A stretch of 32,000 bases of DNA from Crocosphaera subtropica ATCC 51142 (GCF_000017845.1 NC_010547.1:1-32000), one strand, 5' to 3'. Shown: positions 15,301 through 24,702, counted from the stretch's first letter. Numbers and translations: made by a program. Notes: generated from the letters alone by a model not told the origin.

Positions 15301-15343
15301 GCTACAGACTTCACTTAATACTTACAGAATTCAAGAAAAAATA

Positions 15344-15766
15344 ATGACACAAAATAACGAACAACGGACAATTATCGAAGCCCTTTCTCTTGGTAATGAA
15401 GCTAACAATCAGATAGCTGATGCTATTGCTGCTCGTTCAGGGAAGATGCTAGAACAAGCCCTGGATGAAAACTTTGAAACTTTGGTAGAAGCCAAGTTAC
15501 AAATTGTAGCTCAAGAAATCTTAAATATCCATAATCACAAAACACAAGCATGGGCTAAAAGGTTTCTTAGTAGTGGGAAAACTAGAATGGCGAAAAGTAT
15601 GCTTGAGACTCAACAAAGCCATCAATTAAGCTCACTTCAAAGTCAATTAAGTTTAGAAGGTTTGGATGATTTTGATACAGATTTATTGCCAGAAGTTAAA
15701 AATCTAGCTGACGAATCAGGAACGATTACCGTTACCACTAATCCCTCCTCAAGCATTGGTTTCTAA
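15344..15766 (+). CDS. Hypothetical protein (140 aa)
   Basis: ORF 30 nt downstream of the right target duplication. No domain recognised. Confidence 0.5.
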   Translation: MTQNNEQRTIIEALSLGNEANNQIADAIAARSGKMLEQALDENFETLVEAKLQIVAQEILNIHNHKTQAWAKRFLSSGKTRMAKSMLETQQSHQLSSLQSQLSLEGLDDFDTDLLPEVKNLADESGTITVTTNPSSSIGF

Positions 15767-15830
15767 TTAATAAGGGTGAGGGGTCTAATTCCCCTCTGTC
15801 AAACCTAAAAACTTTACCATTAAATTAGTC

Positions 15831-16067
15831 ATGAATGCAGAAATTAATAGAATCAAACAGAAGTTTCCCAACGGCACTCGTATTGAGTTAATTGCCTTAG
15901 AAGATCCCTACACTAAGTTAAAAACAGGTGACACCGGCACGGTGGATTTTGTCGATGATACTGGACAAATCCACATGAAGTGGGATACCGGTTCAAACTT
16001 AGCCTTAATCCCAGGTGAAGACTCTTTTAAAATCATCGAAAAACCAAAATCTTCTACTGTTCTTTAA
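15831..16067 (+). CDS. DUF4314 domain-containing protein
   Basis: GTRIELIALEDPYTKLKTGDTGTVDFVDDTGQIHMKWDTGSNLALIPGEDSF matches the DUF4314 pattern. Confidence 0.7.
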   Translation: MNAEINRIKQKFPNGTRIELIALEDPYTKLKTGDTGTVDFVDDTGQIHMKWDTGSNLALIPGEDSFKIIEKPKSSTVL

Positions 16068-16135
16068 CCAATTAAAGGGGAGCAACTATATCAAAAAACT
16101 CCCCATTCACTCAATTATTATCGCCACAAAAAATC

Positions 16136-16765
16136 ATGTTTACTCAACAAGAAATCCTCGAAATTGCTTCACTCCCAGAATCCTCATTCCGTTTTCGTTG
16201 CCACGTCGATGCTCTGATGTCATTGTACAAGTGGGTCAGAGAACAATGGACACCCAAAGCCATAACGGAACATCGAACAAAATACGACCTAGATTGTCGT
16301 AGCACTGACGGCAAGTTAAAATTTGCCCTCACCGCAGCCAAAGAACTATCTCAAGGTGTTTTACCTCCTGTTTGTACTGAATCGTCCCCCTCAAACACAG
16401 AGGAGAACCGAGAGATTCAGACCTCTCGAATATTGTCTCAGGCGATCGCCTTATTGCCACCGGTACCCAAGACAAACGGACTTGAAAATACGCCTAGTTT
16501 CAGGATCATGGGTCGTCCTATTTACTGGGATGAGTTGGCACATAACTATAAACAACTAAGACTAAAATGGCATCCTGATAAAAATCCCAACTCAACTGAA
16601 GCAGAAGAACGGTTTAAAGTCATTACTCAAATTTATGCCGATTTAAAGTCAGAATGGTTCGAGAAATATAGTCCACGAATTCCTCTTGAACGAATCGGTC
16701 AACATAATCTACAACTAGCCATGCGTCAACAATTTCCCTGGTCGCCTGAGTCTTTTTGGCAGTGA
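16136..16765 (+). CDS. J-domain protein (C-terminal J domain)
   Basis: WDELAHNYKQLRLKWHPDKNPNSTEAEERFKVITQIYADLKSEW contains the HPD motif. Confidence 0.7.
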   Translation: MFTQQEILEIASLPESSFRFRCHVDALMSLYKWVREQWTPKAITEHRTKYDLDCRSTDGKLKFALTAAKELSQGVLPPVCTESSPSNTEENREIQTSRILSQAIALLPPVPKTNGLENTPSFRIMGRPIYWDELAHNYKQLRLKWHPDKNPNSTEAEERFKVITQIYADLKSEWFEKYSPRIPLERIGQHNLQLAMRQQFPWSPESFWQ

Positions 16766-16781
16766 TTGTGGGATATCAATA

Positions 16782-18557
16782 ATGAATAAAAATCCTTTAG
16801 AAGAAGCTAAAACACTATGGTTAAGAACATTTTTAGAAGAACATTTACCATTAGTTGAAAACTTGACTTCTGATACTCCTAACTGGGAAGCGATCGCCTC
16901 TGACTTCGCTGAACAACTTAATCAAACTTTGTGCGATCGCCAACTTATAACCCCCAATCAACAAAAAAACCCCAGGGCCCAAGTTGCCAATGCTTTACGC
17001 TGTTTAAATCCTAATCATCCTGCCATTTCTTATCCTTATACTTTATTGTCCCCTGATACTTATACTCAACTTAATCTTGAACAAAATAAGAAAACTGACC
17101 AACGACAAACTAAGTTCTTTTTTGGAGCTGACGCGATCGCTTTAGTTGATAAAGCAACATCCTTACTTCACAGAGATGACCCCAATGAAGTGGCCGCCGG
17201 ATTAGCGGTTCTCATTGGCCGAAGGATTAGTGAGATATTAATATCTGAGTTTCAACCTTGCACCGATTATTCTGTGTGGTTTTCTGAACCGGTCAAGAAA
17301 AGTGGTAATATTCCCCCGTTCGAGATTCCTACGCTCATTGAAGCTGACACAGTTTTGAGTGCGATCGCTCGACTGCGTAATGCTTGGAATATCAATGATA
17401 TCAAAGCTAACGCTACTTCTGACCGTCAATTAAAACAGATGATTAATAAACGGTATGAGGGGGTTCCCAAAGCCGTGCGTCGTCATTTCAGTGATCTTAT
17501 CCCAGGACGGGAAGTTGATAATGATTCAGGGGAGAAACTGTACACCCACGTTTTTCGTTCAGTGTACGCTGAAATTGCTACCTACTTTTATAAACCCTCA
17601 ACGGTTCCTGACCACCGCTTTAAAGCCGAAATTCAAGGGCATTTTACCCTAACAGCACAAGGTAAAGTCAGGTCTTATACCTCACGGCCTCATTACGATG
17701 ATTATTTAATCGGCGATCGCACTCCTAATCAAGAGGGAATTAAGTTATCTTTACCAAATATATCTATCTTATCTGTTTTTGATGATAAGATAAATGAAAC
17801 AATAAAAGATCATAAGGGGGGGGAGCAAGTGACCAAGACGGAAAATGCTGAATCTATTGATATTAAAGGAATGATAGAAGTATTGCAGGAACAATATCGA
17901 ATCGCTACTCTGGCCAATGAAGATAAATATAAAGCTATCATTGCCGGTAAAGATGCTTTACTTGAAGAGAAAGATGTCCATTTAGCCTTTCTTGAGGATG
18001 AACTTAAAGCGGTTCGTCAGTCCCCTAACCATCAGCAAACCTCTCAGAATAATCAAGGATTACACGACGAAATTGACCGTCTGAATGGAATTATTGAGTC
18101 CTTAGAACAAGAACGGGACGAAGCTTTAGAAAAACTCTCCCAATTACAAAATATCCTTAATCCTGGTAGTTCGTCCCCCCAACCAGTACAGTCCTCTAAC
18201 AGTAAAACTTCCCAATCTGATAAGCAAAACGTCCAAACCGATAAAGATGAGGGACTTCGCGCCGTCGTACGGCGCAAAGAAATGCCCGATAAAGTGGACA
18301 TTATTGATAAGGCGATCGCTGCTATTCAGAGATATAACGATGAGCCTTCACGGACTGAACAGGAGAAGTGGTATATGTCTAATCCTGCTGTTTCAGAACT
18401 TATTCGTGATTCAGGATATACGGTTAGTAGTCAGGTACTCCAAGCTCGATTACGAGAAAAAGGAGACGAATTAACAAAACACCATGAAAAGCATGGTTTG
18501 GGTTCTCGGCATAATCGTAAACATGACCAGCCTATTTCTCAGTTTATTCAAATTTAA
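16782..18557 (+). CDS. Tyrosine recombinase-fold protein, protelomerase (telomere resolvase)-like, with C-terminal coiled-coil and S/Q-rich region
   Basis: Candidate catalytic residues are R148 (GRRISEIL), K172/K173, H256-x-x-R259 (HVFR), H287 (QGH) and Y299 (or Y305/Y308). Spacings are R148-K173 25, R259-H287 28, H287-Y299 12. Confidence 0.5.
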   Translation: MNKNPLEEAKTLWLRTFLEEHLPLVENLTSDTPNWEAIASDFAEQLNQTLCDRQLITPNQQKNPRAQVANALRCLNPNHPAISYPYTLLSPDTYTQLNLEQNKKTDQRQTKFFFGADAIALVDKATSLLHRDDPNEVAAGLAVLIGRRISEILISEFQPCTDYSVWFSEPVKKSGNIPPFEIPTLIEADTVLSAIARLRNAWNINDIKANATSDRQLKQMINKRYEGVPKAVRRHFSDLIPGREVDNDSGEKLYTHVFRSVYAEIATYFYKPSTVPDHRFKAEIQGHFTLTAQGKVRSYTSRPHYDDYLIGDRTPNQEGIKLSLPNISILSVFDDKINETIKDHKGGEQVTKTENAESIDIKGMIEVLQEQYRIATLANEDKYKAIIAGKDALLEEKDVHLAFLEDELKAVRQSPNHQQTSQNNQGLHDEIDRLNGIIESLEQERDEALEKLSQLQNILNPGSSSPQPVQSSNSKTSQSDKQNVQTDKDEGLRAVVRRKEMPDKVDIIDKAIAAIQRYNDEPSRTEQEKWYMSNPAVSELIRDSGYTVSSQVLQARLREKGDELTKHHEKHGLGSRHNRKHDQPISQFIQI

Positions 18558-18602
18558 CGGTTCTGTAAGTTTTTACGTCAAAACAAAGTTAGGTAAAAAT
18601 CG

Positions 18603-21600
18603 CTAAATAAATTTTAATAATTTTTTTAATCCTATGATTTGTTCATCTAAGTCTAACTGATAATTAAAACTAAAAACTTTATATCGAGTATGCCACTCGA
18701 AATTATCTCGCTGAATTGCATCTTTCTGTTTTTGTTCAGGATTATTGTGAACTGAACCATCACAAAACACGGCTATTTTTGGGTGTTTATATACAAAATC
18801 GGGTTTACATTCAGCATCAGGAAAATAAACTTGAGCGTGATCAGGAAGAGGAAGACCATGAGATTTAATGGCTTCTAAAACCATCGCTTCGTATTTGGAA
18901 TTAGGATCACTTTGTTGTAAAAGTTGTTGGTAAGCTTCATCTCTTTGATTATCTTGTACAGTATTCAGTTGACTCTCAGTAAGCTGTTCAAGAAAGTTTT
19001 TGATTAAATGTCGATTAAGATAAGGATGGTCAAATTGATTTTGATAGGATAGCAAGCATTCATAACAAGCTTGAGTACAACTAGGTTTATCTTGCTTAAA
19101 GTGACAAATATCGAGAGCTTCTTGAGCTAAAGAAGAAAAAGCTTGCGGATTATCAAGAATTTGAGATAAAACCCCTGCGCCTCCCTCAGAAGCTTCCCAG
19201 AAAAGAAGATGTTTTCCATCTCCCAATCTTTCAGAGGCTAATTCTTCTGCTTCTAGCTTGTAGTAGCCTTGAATGGCTTTTAAGAGTGCATACTGCAAAG
19301 TAATTAAAAATTCTTGGGTTTGATGTTCAGGTAGCTCTTGCGGTTCAATAACCAAAATATTCGAGGTATCAGACACCATAAGATTGACTCCTGGTTGGAG
19401 TGTTTGAGAAACATTATTTTGATTAGAATCACTCCATTCTCCTGTTTGGGTATCTAATTTAAAGCCTTGTTCTTGATTGCGAAGTAAACCGCGATTAATA
19501 CGTCGAATTTGAGCAGTTTCGCCGTAGCAGATTTTTAAAAGTTCTGTTCCATCAGCAGCCGTAACCAAAGCTTCCCGACGCTTGTGAGAGTCATATTGAA
19601 AGTGAGTGGTCAAATGATAACCATATTTGAGCCGTTCTTCTTCATCACAAGTGATGCGTTCCCGTCGTCGGGTAATCATCGTATCGAGAGGGAGAACATA
19701 GTGAAGGCGATCGCTTAATTTTGCTCCACAATTACTACAAGTATCCCGTTCGGCTCCTTGAACACCATCATGGAAATAACCACAATTACTACAGGTACTG
19801 ACTTTTTCGTATTCAATACCTTTGGGAGACACTCTGGTTTTAGTAATCTGAAATTTACTCCCTTCATAATAAATAACATTTCTCGGAGCTAATTCCCTAA
19901 TGGCAACAATACGAGGACGAGCAATAAATTCTCCTTTATCCCCCGCAGGAATAAAACCACGAACAGGAAGGCGAGGGAAGTTAAAGCCCGGCAAAAAGCC
20001 TTCGCTGGCAAAATAGCGGTAAGGATAAAATTCAAACTCACTTTGAGAACGTCCCTTGCTTCCTTGCCCCACTAATAAATCTCGTTGACGTTTAGCATCA
20101 CTTTCTAACGCTTCTGCTGTCTTCTTGTCCTCATCAGTAATAATCCCTTTCGCTGCTTTATCTATGGTGGCACGGGCTTCATCTAACTGACGGTTCGCAT
20201 CTTGATATAATCTACGCCAGCGTTCGCACCGTAAATCAAAAACATGAAGTGCATCAGCCAGCTTTTCTTTAATCCAGTCAGCACTATACCAACTGGTCCG
20301 ATTAAGATCCGTTTGGCAAAAGATATCATTAAGAATAAGTTGAGCATCGTTCAGACATTTTCTGAAAGTTTCAGGGCTAAGGGTCAAATTTTGGCGGATT
20401 TCATCTTTGAGAGGATACTTCTCTTTATCTAAATCGAGAATTTGGTTCATTGAATTCCCCAAATCAACCCCTGTATAAGACAGCCAAAGGGAATAAAGAT
20501 GAGACTTGACTAAATCAGGGTTGCCTAATTCTAGTTTCGGTGGCACAACCACCCCTGATACCATTTGTGCTTGTCGTCTATAAAAGTATTGGTCATGGCC
20601 ACTACCATAGGCAGCATAGGTAATAACCAAGGCTTCTTGTCCCCCTCGTCCTGCTCGTCCACTCCGTTGTGCATAGTTGGCAGGGGAAGGGGGAACGTTT
20701 CGTAAGTGAACCACACTTAAATCAGAGATATCAATCCCCAATTCCATTGTCGGAGAACAAAATAAAGCTGCTAAATCACCTTTTCTAAACTTATCTTCTC
20801 GTACTTGACGATATTTATTAGGGACTTGTCCAGTATGTTCTCGTCCTTCCATTTTTTGAATGGTCTGCCCCTGTTCTTCATAAAACTGTTGAAAAAATGA
20901 GTTAACCTCTTGAGTGGTAAGATCACTCCCTTGTAGTCGTTTATTATTGGTGGGATCAATGTCAATTTGATTAACTTTTTGGGCTTTCCAGACCATTGCA
21001 TCAATGCGTAGCTGGAATTCATTTTCCTCACAAGTAAGGTAGCCACAATCACAAAGAACTTTGACCAACGATTCAATTAAGCTGTTATATTCGTCTTCTG
21101 TGAGGGAATAACCCCAAATAACATCAGAACGTAAATATCTTGCTACTTTACTACGGGGTGTTAACTTAACTGTTCGTCCTTTTGATTGTGGGTTATTAGT
21201 ATAAGTGGCTTTGGGAGCAGGAGGAAGATACTCATACTCATCAAATTTCCAAGTATCGTTTATGGTTTGAGAAACTTCTCGTTGTATTTCTTTGATACGG
21301 TTGGGTTGCAGTAAGGCCGCATCAATGGCTAAATTCTTTCTAAGTTGATCTAAAATAACGGTTACAGCTTGCCAACGTTGTTGAAAGGTTGCTTTTGCAA
21401 GAATGGGATTAAAATGTTTTTGCCAAGGACTCTGAGCTTGACACATTTCTTCTAATTCAGAATATTCAATGCTCAATAATCCACATTGTTCTAGATTAGG
21501 TTGAACAATTCGCCATCCTCTTTTTAAATCCTCATAGAGACGATATTCAATCAAATGTTCAAACGCTCTTTCATTCTTCGTTTTCCCAAATCCAAAATCC

Positions 21601-21706
21601 GACGGTTGTTTAGCATAAGCTTCTTGAGATAAGCCCATTTCTTGGACAACAGTAGCGGCCAGTTGTTCATGGGTTAAGGTTCCCTTTTGTTGCAAGGCTT
21701 TATTTA
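18603..21706 (-). pseudogene. 5'-truncated superfamily-2 helicase fused to a DUF1998/MZB zinc domain and a C-terminal DUF559/Vsr-like endonuclease domain (MrfA/DruE-like defence-type helicase)
   Basis: Only helicase C-terminal motifs are present (SPTMELGIDISDL, QRSGRAGRGGQ); there is no Walker A or DEAH. Cys clusters CSNCGYF...CSNCGA and CYECLLSYQNQFDHPYLNRHL are DUF1998-like. CKPDFVYKHPKIAVFCDGSVHNNPEQKQKDAIQRD is DUF559-like. The reading frame stays open up to the IS boundary at 21707; the TTG 'start' at 21695 is an ORF-caller artefact. Confidence 0.7.
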
Positions 21707-23295
21707 ACTGGAGTTTAGACTAACTTCTCCTACAATCACACCGTACAGTCTAGTCCAATGAGAGGTCTCGCTCCGCGAGTGCGGCTGCACCGCTAACTTC
21801 GAAATAAGCCAGATTGATGTTGACAAATATTAATGGAGAGAGTTGAGAAAAAAGGGAGAAAATAGAAAAAAGTTAAACATTAAATTTTTTCTCCCAGATG
21901 AATAATAACATAAAAAAACTTCAAAAATTCAGAAATGATACCTATAATCTACTAGGGTTCGCCAAAGATTCCACTTATGATTTAATGGATGCAGTTTTAA
22001 CCACTAAAACTGCTTACTCATTGGCAGATTTTTCTCTTTCTCCATTATTTAGAAGACAATGGTCTTCTACTTATGAATCGTTACAAGATTGCCGTCCAAA
22101 CCGTTCCAAGTTAATGAAGAGATATCTCAAAGAAATCCCTATTAATGACTCATTATATGTTACACTAGCTATAGATCATACAGCCAATCCTAGACTAGAT
22201 TCTCCTACTTTGAAAGACCGAGGCTATCATCATTCACCCAAAAACTTTCAAAAAGTAACTGAAGGACATAATTATAGTACCATAGCTTGGATACCTGAAG
22301 ATAGTAGAAGCTGGGCTTTACCCTTAAGACATGAAAGAATAACCAGTTTTGAAACACCAATTAGTAAAGCAACTTGGCAATTAAAACAAGTAAGAAGAAG
22401 TGTTAATTATCCAATTTTAGCTTTATTAGATAGCGAATATGGAAATGCTTCATGGGTTAATCAAACAGTAGATGTAGAAGTAGATTGTCTAATCAGAATA
22501 CGCTCAAATTGCTGTTTATACGGTGCGCCTGGACAGTATAGCGGTCGAGGACGGCCAAGAAAACATGGGGATAAATTTAAGCTAAATGACAAATTAACTT
22601 GGTGGGATGCAACAGAAATAGTTGAGCTTAATGATGATAAGCTGGGTAAAATAAAAGTCAGGAAATGGTCACAGTTACATTTCCTTAAATCCTCATCGGT
22701 AAACATGACACTGATTTTAGTGGAGAGACTAGAAACTAATAAAAAAGGGTCACTTCAAAAACCATTATGGTTGGTTTTTATTGGGAAACAGAAACTAGAT
22801 ATACTTCCCTTAGAATTACTGTGGAAAAAGTATTTAAGACGTTTTACTGTCGACCATTGGTATCGATTTATTAAACAAAGATTACATTGGACATTACCAG
22901 CACTTAGCACACCTCATCAATGTGAAAGATGGAGTGATTTAATGCCATTAATAACTTGGCAATTATGGCTGGCTAAAGATTTAGTTGAAGAAAAATATCT
23001 CCCTTGGCAAAAACCTCAAAAAAACTTAAGTCCGGGAAGGGTTGCACAGTCAATGTTTGGACTTTTAGTAGAGATTGGAACACCAGCACGAACTCCCAAA
23101 CCCCGTGGAAAATCCCCAGGATGGGAATCTGGTCAAGTAAGAACTAAAAGAACCCGTTATCCTGTCATTAAAAAACGAAAAAGTCCTGATAAAAAAGCTA
23201 AAAAGAAGAAGACTTAGACCAAATTTTTAGTTAATTTGTCCTTTTTTCAGACCCAAAACAATGTTGGGCAATTTTGCCGTAGTCTAAACTCCAGT
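21707..23295 (+). mobile_element. IS element (IS4/IS701-superfamily-like) with 16-bp terminal inverted repeats and no target-site duplication
   Basis: ACTGGAGTTTAGACTA 21707-21722 is the reverse complement of TAGTCTAAACTCCAGT 23280-23295. The flanks differ (TTTAA vs CTAAT). Confidence 0.8.
21898..23217 (+). CDS. DDE transposase (IS4/IS701-like)
   Basis: LAIDHT, ALLDSEYGN, GRGRPRKHG, VDHWYRFIKQRL and a basic C-terminal tail are typical of cyanobacterial IS4/IS701-type transposases. Family assignment is by eye only. Confidence 0.7.
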   Translation: MNNNIKKLQKFRNDTYNLLGFAKDSTYDLMDAVLTTKTAYSLADFSLSPLFRRQWSSTYESLQDCRPNRSKLMKRYLKEIPINDSLYVTLAIDHTANPRLDSPTLKDRGYHHSPKNFQKVTEGHNYSTIAWIPEDSRSWALPLRHERITSFETPISKATWQLKQVRRSVNYPILALLDSEYGNASWVNQTVDVEVDCLIRIRSNCCLYGAPGQYSGRGRPRKHGDKFKLNDKLTWWDATEIVELNDDKLGKIKVRKWSQLHFLKSSSVNMTLILVERLETNKKGSLQKPLWLVFIGKQKLDILPLELLWKKYLRRFTVDHWYRFIKQRLHWTLPALSTPHQCERWSDLMPLITWQLWLAKDLVEEKYLPWQKPQKNLSPGRVAQSMFGLLVEIGTPARTPKPRGKSPGWESGQVRTKRTRYPVIKKRKSPDKKAKKKKT

Positions 23296-24292
23296 CTAAT
23301 CTATCGTTGCCCAAATTACCTTCAAGAGTATCATTTCCAGCTAGACCAAGTAGTAGGTTACTGTTACTGTTCCCTTTAATATGATTATCAAGACTGTTTC
23401 CTGTGCCATCAATTGGATCGGGGCCAATCAAAGTAAGATTTCTGGTAGAGTCAGAAAGCGTATGTGTAAAGTATGAGAAAATTTGATCAATGATTGGATT
23501 TTCATGATTTACACCTAAGCAAATATCTGCACGATCACCACTGAAGGAGAGATTAGAGATATTAAGCTCTAGTCCAAGTTCCTCAATTGTTAAGTTGAGT
23601 GACTCACTAATTTCTTGCTTTAAATCTTCCTCAAATAAAGACCAACTTTGAACAATCTCATTTCTAATTGTTTTTCTAATCTCATCACCTATCTTTCCAT
23701 TGAATAAACCTAGGAATCCATTTCCATCAAATCCTATTCTGACTCTTATTTCTTCTGGCGTTGGTTGATCAATGATAATATTATTTCCATCAACGAAAAT
23801 TCGATTTAGATCTATTTCGATAAACGGATAGTCACTCCCTTTTGGAGCGATTAAATTTCCGTCAGCGGCACCCTTGTCTCGGCGGTTTTTTATTTTTGCG
23901 TCATGCTTCCAACCTTTAACTTCATTACCATCAGTTTCAAATTCAATTCGTAGGGTTAACCCACCTTCTTTGGGCAGTATTTTAAAAGAATTTGAGTTAA
24001 AGTCCATAATGTAGTTTGTTCTGCGGGGACGCACACGTGGTTCAATTCCTTTAATTTGTTTTGGATTTCCATCAATTTCAATCCAACTGCCATTGGGATA
24101 CCAGTGATTGATTTGATCAGGATGATCTTCTGGCAAATTGGGATTGAGATCAGGTAAATTTATGTTTGCTTGTTTTTCAAGAAACTTAACTGGATCGACA
24201 TTATTCAATCGCATTTTAGGATTGCTTTGTTGAAGCTCTTCGTCAAAGAAACCAGCAACTATTGAATTTGGAATAATGATACATGAAGACAT
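23231..24292 (-). CDS. RTX (haemolysin-type Ca-binding repeat) protein, 3'-truncated by the IS; the last 21 codons are IS-derived
   Basis: GNSLDNHIKGNSNSNLLLGLAGNDTLEGNLGNDRL are GGxGxD-type nonapeptide repeats that break exactly at the IS end (23295/23296). ATG 24292 with an AAGGTG RBS is preferred over ATG 24364. Confidence 0.6.
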   Translation of the reverse strand: MSSCIIIPNSIVAGFFDEELQQSNPKMRLNNVDPVKFLEKQANINLPDLNPNLPEDHPDQINHWYPNGSWIEIDGNPKQIKGIEPRVRPRRTNYIMDFNSNSFKILPKEGGLTLRIEFETDGNEVKGWKHDAKIKNRRDKGAADGNLIAPKGSDYPFIEIDLNRIFVDGNNIIIDQPTPEEIRVRIGFDGNGFLGLFNGKIGDEIRKTIRNEIVQSWSLFEEDLKQEISESLNLTIEELGLELNISNLSFSGDRADICLGVNHENPIIDQIFSYFTHTLSDSTRNLTLIGPDPIDGTGNSLDNHIKGNSNSNLLLGLAGNDTLEGNLGNDRLDWSLDYGKIAQHCFGSEKRTN

Positions 24293-24435
24293 AATTTTCA
24301 CCTTTTGAGTATACTTTTTGACTGAGAGATAGTGATGAAATGTTCTTTCACAATAGAGTTGCAAAAGTCGTAAAAAAGAAAGCTATAGAGAAGAATTGGT
24401 TATTGGAGGCGATCGCCTGTAGATAGTTATGAGTC

Positions 24436-24643
24436 GTTGCGATCGCATTTATCAGAGCAGTTTCCGTTAAATTATCGAGAATATCCGTACCAAGAACATT
24501 GAAAGCCTTAATCATGAGAAATACCTTGAATGAATAGACAAAAAAATCCTCTCCCCAAACTTTGAACATGAAGCATCAAGCATGGGATAACCAGTTATTT
24601 TGTTGAAAAATGTTACAATCCTAATAAGAACCAGAATTTATTA
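24436..24643. repeat. Copy 1 of a ~208-bp direct repeat (about 90 percent identity by eye), upstream of the RTX gene
   Basis: Aligns base-for-base with 28243-28450 apart from scattered substitutions and one 1-nt indel (A7 vs AAAACA). Confidence 0.9.
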
Positions 24644-24702
24644 GGGTTGACTCTTAGTTACAAATGCAAGTTGTAATATAACTACAACCTGCTAAATGTC
24701 AG

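Noticed and set aside
16766-18602. Telomere-resolution palindrome (telRL-like site) next to the protelomerase-like gene.
   Set aside because: I looked in the flanking intergenic DNA (16766-16781, 18558-18602) and found no long perfect palindrome. The only symmetric element nearby is the 8-bp pair at 17767-17791, which is too short. A site may lie outside the window.
21693-21695. TTG 'start codons' of the helicase ORF (21695) and the DUF1822-like ORF (31710).
   Set aside because: In both cases the frame stays open upstream, to the IS boundary at 21707 and to the window edge respectively. The TTG is simply the first permitted start the ORF caller met, not a real initiation site.
21760-21795. 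GC-rich patch (GAGGTCTCGCTCCGCGAGTGCGGCTGCACCGC) as a separate RNA gene or foreign insert.
   Set aside because: It lies inside the IS, between the left IR and the transposase start. It forms two tiny hairpins (CTCGC/GCGAG, GTGC/GCAC), so it is most simply an IS-internal leader structure controlling transposase expression.
24516-24569. The 73-aa version of the small ORF, starting at ATG 24569.
   Set aside because: In the second copy of the 208-bp repeat a 1-nt indel puts this upstream ATG out of frame (it runs into TGA). Only the internal ATG (24515 / 28322) is conserved.
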